From Chlamydiia bacterium (GTDB taxonomy: Bacteria > Chlamydiota > Chlamydiia > Chlamydiales > Rhabdochlamydiaceae): DNA of 64,000 nucleotides. The notes under the pieces were generated by a model. It did no database searches, was not told the DNA's origin, and was given only the letters and a program-made list of their open reading frames with translations. Shown one piece after another: positions 59,064 through 64,000 of this stretch (the first letter of the stretch is position 1; each line of letters starts with the position of its first letter). The translations under genes were made by a program, and so were the position numbers. The stretch spans positions 96,001 to 160,000 of the forward strand of contig CAWDOQ010000010.1 of NCBI GenBank assembly GCA_963804085.1, in the 5' to 3' direction.

Positions 59064-59974
59064 CCCTTCTCCCCAAAAAGAGCTGCGAGCACCTCGTCTA
59101 CAGGCAGCGTACGGATATCCTCATCTCTTGCAAGAAGTGGTGTGTGCACAAGCTGAGGATTAGGAGAGGAGACATTCTGTTTTAAAACACCTTGCCGCGG
59201 ATCGGCCCACATAGAGACAACTTTGATAGGAAAGGAAGCATCGAGATAATAGGTCATCGAAAGCACGCCCGAGTCGGGCACGAGAAGATAGGAGCAGCGA
59301 TTTTTAATAATCGAGAGCATCTCTAAAAAACTGGTCCTCCCACGTAAGTCGATCAAGTTGGGCAGAGCAAGCGAGGGGCTCTGTCCATGCCCAAACAAGA
59401 TAATACGGACCTTTTCTTTTTGTGAAAGATCTTTGAAGAGCGCCTCCCAATTTGAAAAGGGCCAATTTTTTTCGTAGCCATATGCAGTCTCTGTGTGAAC
59501 ATGCGCTCCCAGATAGGTAACATCGGGATCTAGTTCGGGAAAGCGGCTGCAAAGATCATCCCATTTTTTTTGCCACTTGAGTTTTGGCGTCAAAATGCCT
59601 ATCTCTTTTTTCAGCCAATGCGTGGGGTCGGGATTTGCTATCAGAAAATCGAACGATGCAGGATCGATCGAGAGATTTTTTAATGTGTTAGAAAGATCAA
59701 ATGGTGTCTTGCGCTTCCAATCTTTTGCGATCAGAAGATCGATATTTTCTAAAAGCTCGAACCCTTCTTGTAGATCCGGACGGGTGATAAAGGTGATCCT
59801 AGCTTCGGGGAGCTCTTTTCGGATGCGTTCGACAACCCCATAAAGTCCAAGCGCGATATCGCCCAAGCCGCGGTTCCAAGCGATTAAAAAGCGGGTCTTG
59901 CCATTTTTTTGGGCGCGCTTAAGAAGTAGGTCGAGGGGATTGGGTCCCCATTTTTTCCAGAGTTGCTTGATCAT
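59057..59974 (-). CDS. Glycosyltransferase family 9-like protein
   Basis: RGLGDIAL, KNWP..W, DLRGRTS, DSG. Confidence 0.75.
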   Translation of the reverse strand: MIKQLWKKWGPNPLDLLLKRAQKNGKTRFLIAWNRGLGDIALGLYGVVERIRKELPEARITFITRPDLQEGFELLENIDLLIAKDWKRKTPFDLSNTLKNLSIDPASFDFLIANPDPTHWLKKEIGILTPKLKWQKKWDDLCSRFPELDPDVTYLGAHVHTETAYGYEKNWPFSNWEALFKDLSQKEKVRIILFGHGQSPSLALPNLIDLRGRTSFLEMLSIIKNRCSYLLVPDSGVLSMTYYLDASFPIKVVSMWADPRQGVLKQNVSSPNPQLVHTPLLARDEDIRTLPVDEVLAALFGEKGC

Positions 59975-59975
59975 T

Positions 59976-61031
59976 TTAGCGAAGGGTCAACTTAGATTTG
60001 TTCAATACGCGCATAATTTCTTGATAGACCTCGTCCGCCTCGATCCTCTTCATGCAGCGAAAATCGATCGGGCAGGTGCGCTCATAGCAGGGCGAGCAGC
60101 TCACATGCTTGTGTATCACAGTTCCTTCGCGATAAGGCCCTGTCACCACTTCACTCGTCGATCCAAAAAGAGCAACGACTGGTGTGCCGAGTGCATCGGC
60201 GATATGCATAGGCCCGCTATCATTGGTGAGAAGTACGGAGCAAAGAGAGATGAGCGCAGTGAGCTCTCTTAGAGAGGTCAGCCCTGCCAAGTTGATTACA
60301 CGGGGAGGAAGTCCCTGGCAGATCTCTTTCACCAGAGCTGCTGTCGACTGGTCTCCAAAATAGACGATGAAGAGCTTTTCATCCTGAAGTAGCCGCTCAG
60401 TCACCTGGCGAAAACGAGCAGGCAGCCAGCATTTGGCCGAGCCGTAAGTTGCGCCTGGATTGATGCCGACGATCGTACTATCTTTTGTGATCCCATGCTG
60501 CCTTAAAAGCTCTTGTGCTTCTACTACCTCTTTGTCTTTTAAAAAGAGGCGCGGCGCAGTATCAGAAACTGGAACCCCCAGTGGGGCAAGTAGCATTTTA
60601 TAGGTGGTGACCAGATGCTGTGCGCCCACAGTTTCAGGCAAACGAACGCTATCGGTCAAAAGAAGGCCTCTACCCTTGCACTGGTATCCCAAACGGTTTT
60701 TCACTTTTCCTTGCCAGAACCACCAAGCCGAAGAAAAAGAGTGGGTTAAAAGAATCCCTAGATCATATTTTCCCGTCCGCAGCTTTTCTACAATATCGCG
60801 CTTCTCATTGTGCCTGCCGAAGTGGCCAGCTTTACGAAAGCAAAAGAGCTCGTTGATGTCAGGATCTTCCTGTAAAAGCTCGCAGACAGGGTACCTGCAC
60901 ATCGCCGTGAGATAAGCGTCGGGAAAGGCTCTCCTCAAATCGGTCAAAACAGGCGTCGCCATCACCAGATCGCCGATCCAGTTGGGCATACGCACAATGA
61001 TATTTTTGGGCTTAAACTGACCGAGTGCCAT
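59976..61031 (-). CDS. waaF: ADP-heptose:LPS heptosyltransferase II-like (GT9)
   Basis: PNWIGDLVM, NPGATYGSAKCW, NLAG.T.L, TNDSGPMHIA, FGST. Confidence 0.88.
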   Translation of the reverse strand: MALGQFKPKNIIVRMPNWIGDLVMATPVLTDLRRAFPDAYLTAMCRYPVCELLQEDPDINELFCFRKAGHFGRHNEKRDIVEKLRTGKYDLGILLTHSFSSAWWFWQGKVKNRLGYQCKGRGLLLTDSVRLPETVGAQHLVTTYKMLLAPLGVPVSDTAPRLFLKDKEVVEAQELLRQHGITKDSTIVGINPGATYGSAKCWLPARFRQVTERLLQDEKLFIVYFGDQSTAALVKEICQGLPPRVINLAGLTSLRELTALISLCSVLLTNDSGPMHIADALGTPVVALFGSTSEVVTGPYREGTVIHKHVSCSPCYERTCPIDFRCMKRIEADEVYQEIMRVLNKSKLTLR

Positions 61032-61092
61032 GCTCTAAAAAATACCAAGCATTGCGGATTTTGTACATCTAGAAGATGTATACACTCTTAAT

Positions 61093-61152
61093 ACGTGCCC
61101 GTGCCCGTGCCCGCGTGCGTGCCCGATCCGGATTAATTCGGGCACGGGCACG
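61093..61152. repeat. REP-like palindrome built from GTGCCC hexamers
   Basis: (gtgccc)n...gatccggattaattc(gggcac)2 between divergent waaF and ruvC. Confidence 0.8.
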
Positions 61153-61198
61153 GTAGAGAATTTTTGCTATGTAAAGCTATAAAAGTTATTATGCGGCC

Positions 61199-61696
61199 AT
61201 GAACGATGAGATTATTCTTGGAATTGATCCGGGCACGCGGATTACCGGTTATGGGGTGATCCAGCGGGAGGGCAGTGGGTATAAGCTGCTCGATTTTGGG
61301 TGTATCCGGCCGCCGGTGGATCTTCCTATCGCAGAGCGTTATCTTGCGATCTTCGATGGAGTTGAGCATCTGATCCAGCGCTTTGGGCCTCAGGCGATCT
61401 CGGTCGAGACGCAATTTATGTATAAAAATGCGCAGAGTGCGATGAAGATCGGTATGGCAAGAGGTGCCGTTTTGCTTGCGGGCGCGCGGCGCAAAATTCC
61501 GATCTTTGAATATGCGCCAAAAAAAGCTAAGATGGCAGTCGTTGGAAATGGAGGAGCGAGTAAAATGCAGGTGCAGCGCATGATCCAAGTGCTTCTCAAG
61601 CTCTCCTCCTTACCCGAGCCCGAAGATGCGGCAGATGCGCTTGCGCTCGCTCTTTGCCATGCGCACGCAAACCCTATTTTTCAGAAAAGGAGATAA
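61199..61696 (+). CDS. ruvC: Holliday junction resolvase RuvC
   Basis: ILGIDPG...GYG, ARG, GNG.ASK.QV, DAADALALA.CH. Confidence 0.96.
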   Translation: MNDEIILGIDPGTRITGYGVIQREGSGYKLLDFGCIRPPVDLPIAERYLAIFDGVEHLIQRFGPQAISVETQFMYKNAQSAMKIGMARGAVLLAGARRKIPIFEYAPKKAKMAVVGNGGASKMQVQRMIQVLLKLSSLPEPEDAADALALALCHAHANPIFQKRR

Positions 61697-61699
61697 CCG

Positions 61700-62281
61700 A
61701 TGTGGGAATATATCAAAGGGATTTTAACCGAAGCCTCCCCTGCAAAAGCAGTCGTTGAGATTCAGGGAATCGGCTACCAGCTGCACATCCCTCTTAGCAC
61801 TTATGGCAAGCTGCCCCAGATAGGGAAAGAGGTCCTCTTTTATATCGCCTCCGTGATCCGCGAAGATTCGCATCGCAACTACGGCTTTCTTGTACGCCAA
61901 GAGCGGGATCTTTTTGAAAAGTTTTGCGAGATATCGGGCATCGGACCTAAAACCTCTTTAGGACTTGTCGGTCATATGGAAGTGGGAGATCTACAGCGCT
62001 GCATCGCGCAAGGCAACGTCGCACTCCTTTGCAAAGTCCCCGGCATTGGCAAAAAGACGGCTGAGAGGCTGATGATCGAGTTGAAAGACAAGATCAAAAT
62101 AACAACCGGCAGCTCTTCCACTTTTGGTGAAGGGGGCAAAATCTCCGATGCGATCTCAGCACTCATCAACCTAGGCTATCCCGCAGCACGCGCAGACAAA
62201 GCGATTCAGACGGCTCTTAGCAAGAGTCAAACAGAACCCCCACTCGCAGAACTCATCACACAAGCTTTAAGGCATATATGA
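61700..62281 (+). CDS. ruvA: Holliday junction branch migration protein RuvA
   Basis: YIKG, GIGY, RED..YGF, SGIGPK, PGIGKKTAER, SAL.NLGY. Confidence 0.96.
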   Translation: MWEYIKGILTEASPAKAVVEIQGIGYQLHIPLSTYGKLPQIGKEVLFYIASVIREDSHRNYGFLVRQERDLFEKFCEISGIGPKTSLGLVGHMEVGDLQRCIAQGNVALLCKVPGIGKKTAERLMIELKDKIKITTGSSSTFGEGGKISDAISALINLGYPAARADKAIQTALSKSQTEPPLAELITQALRHI

Positions 62282-62751
62282 AACTATTTACTTTTCTCGT
62301 CGCTCTTTTATTTGCCGTTCAACTGCATGCAGAGGAGTCGGACACGCTCGTCTTTTTAAAGCCCGATGCTTATGAAAAACACATCTGGGGACCTGTCCTC
62401 TCTGAATTTGAAAAGAAGGGGATAAAGATCGTCGCCCTTCAGATGACGCAGCTTACTCAAGAGCAAGCTGAGACTTTTTATGCCGCCCACAAAGGGAAAA
62501 AATTTTTTAACGATCTTGTTTCCTATATAACACGCGCTCCTATTTTGGCCGTTGTCTTAAGAACGGAGAACGCAGTGCCACGTGTACGAGCTATTTTGGG
62601 TGCAACCAACCCCAAAGAGGCCGCGAAAGACACCATTAGGGCTAAATATGGCCAGTCGCTCGATGCCAACGTGATCCATGGCTCCGATAGCCCCGAGGCT
62701 GCTGCAAGAGAGATCAGCTTCTTTTTTGCTAAGATGAATCTGTTAGGTTAA
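62278..62751 (+). CDS. ndk: Nucleoside diphosphate kinase with N-terminal signal peptide
   Basis: KPDA, FY..H.GK.FF, GATNP, TIRA.YG, N.IHGSDS. Confidence 0.93.
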   Translation: MKLFTFLVALLFAVQLHAEESDTLVFLKPDAYEKHIWGPVLSEFEKKGIKIVALQMTQLTQEQAETFYAAHKGKKFFNDLVSYITRAPILAVVLRTENAVPRVRAILGATNPKEAAKDTIRAKYGQSLDANVIHGSDSPEAAAREISFFFAKMNLLG

Positions 62752-62777
62752 CGCTTTTTCGGGTATGCTATTTCCCT

Positions 62778-64000
62778 ATGGAATTTGTGCATCGCCCCTA
62801 CCAGCACGGTGAGACTATCGCAGCAGTAGCGACCCCTCCAGGTGAAGGAGGGGTGGCAGTCGTTCGCATCTCTGGCATTGAGGCGCTCTCAATCGCCGAA
62901 AAGGTCTTTTCTGGACCGGTGAAAAGCTACAAAACCCACACCGCCCATTTTGGCAAAGTCCTCTCTGAAAAGGGAGAGTCGATCGACGAGGTTCTTCTGC
63001 TCGTATTGCTGGGCCCTCGCTCCTACACAGGAGAGGACACAGTCGAAATCCAGTGCCACGGCGGAAGCCTCATCACACGCAAAGTACTCCAAAGAGTCCT
63101 ACAAGCGGGCGCGCGTGCAGCAAATCCTGGAGAGTTTACCCTGCGCGCCTTCTTAAATGGCAAACTAGACCTTGCTCAAGCAGAAGCCGTCCAGACGCTG
63201 ATCTCCGCGCAAAATGATCTTGCTCTCTCCTTTGCAGAGCAGCAGCTACAAGGAGCCCTTTCCAAGAAAATTAGAGAGTTTCAAAAAGAGCTGGTCGATA
63301 CCGCTGCCATTTTGGAAGCTTGGGTAGACTTTCCTGAAGAGGGACTTGAGTTTGCGACCAAAGAGGAGATCTTAGCTGCTCTCGGCGCAACTTTAGATAA
63401 AATGCAAAAACTCTCCTCCACTTTTCATGAAGGCAAGAAGATACAAGAGGGACTCTCTCTTTGTCTGGTAGGCGCTCCCAATGCAGGAAAATCCTCTCTT
63501 CTAAATGCGCTCTTGGGAAAAGAGCGTGCGATCGTGACAGACATTCCAGGAACTACACGCGATCTTTTGGAGGAAGAGGTGAGGCTCGGCCCCTTTCACT
63601 TGCGACTCATCGACACGGCAGGCATACGCAAAACAGAAGAGGTAATCGAAAAAGAGGGGATCCGCCGTTCTAAAGAGGCGATGCAAAATGCAGATCTCAT
63701 TCTCGTTGTCCTCGACGCCTCACGTCCGATACAGGAAGAGGAGGAGCAGCTTATTCAAACAGCTGCAAATAAAAAAGCGCTGCTAGTCTGGAACAAGATC
63801 GATCTTCCCCAAGCTCCCCTGCCCTCTTTTTCTCTTCCTTCTGTCCGAGTTTCTGCCAAAGAAGCACAAGGCTTAAACATCCTACGTCAAGAGATCGACA
63901 AACTTATCTGGGAGAAGGGCGTTCCCTCCAAAGAGGAGCTTCTTCTATCCAATGCGCGCCACAAACAGGCGCTCGACAATGCGATCGCAGCCTGCATGCG
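62778..64000 (+). CDS. mnmE: tRNA modification GTPase MnmE (runs off the window's right edge)
   Basis: Manual translation: TIAAVATPPGEGGVAVVRISG, SYTGED.VEI.CHGG, PGEFTLRAFLNGK.DL.QAEA, GAPNAGKSSLLN, GTTRD, DTAG, NKID. Confidence 0.96.
   Translation, partial: MEFVHRPYQHGETIAAVATPPGEGGVAVVRISGIEALSIAEKVFSGPVKSYKTHTAHFGKVLSEKGESIDEVLLLVLLGPRSYTGEDTVEIQCHGGSLITRKVLQRVLQAGARAANPGEFTLRAFLNGKLDLAQAEAVQTLISAQNDLALSFAEQQLQGALSKKIREFQKELVDTAAILEAWVDFPEEGLEFATKEEILAALGATLDKMQKLSSTFHEGKKIQEGLSLCLVGAPNAGKSSLLNALLGKERAIVTDIPGTTRDLLEEEVRLGPFHLRLIDTAGIRKTEEVIEKEGIRRSKEAMQNADLILVVLDASRPIQEEEEQLIQTAANKKALLVWNKIDLPQAPLPSFSLPSVRVSAKEAQGLNILRQEIDKLIWEKGVPSKEELLLSNARHKQALDNAIAACM

Overview
This window looks like chromosome from an environmental Chlamydiota (Parachlamydiales-like) bacterium. 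It keeps the Chlamydia-type gene orders mcsA/mcsB ... tRNA-Lys/Glu-frr-pyrH-tsf-rpsB-tRNA-Gly ... pbp2, gpsA with a UDP-GlcNAc pyrophosphorylase, and ruvC-ruvA-ndk. The backbone is interspersed with candidate host-interaction genes, many in tandem paralog sets: ankyrin, F-box, LRR, Inc-like proteins and two cryptic cysteine proteases. Surface-polysaccharide genes are also present (rfbC/D, wza/wzc/uxs, an IspD-SDR fusion, two GT9 enzymes). The most unusual part is an accessory region (~17.9-33.4 kb) between tRNA-Thr and tRNA-Lys. It holds an RRM + GIY-YIG fusion converging on a DUF6978-DUF1828/1829 pair, and an orphaned wHTH-MNT gene whose HEPN partner appears replaced by a YopT-like gene. It also holds an integrase-less 3.2-kb islet bounded by a degenerate copy of the tRNA-Lys 3' end. 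Non-coding signals include a 184-bp MITE with TIRs and a TTTA target duplication, dispersed (GTGCCC)n palindromes, six 11-bp repeats at a Fic gene, and an inverted mimic of the tRNA-Lys 3' end. Five genes carry frameshifts or in-frame stops, which could be real decay or assembly error. All family assignments come from motif recognition by eye; no searches were run.
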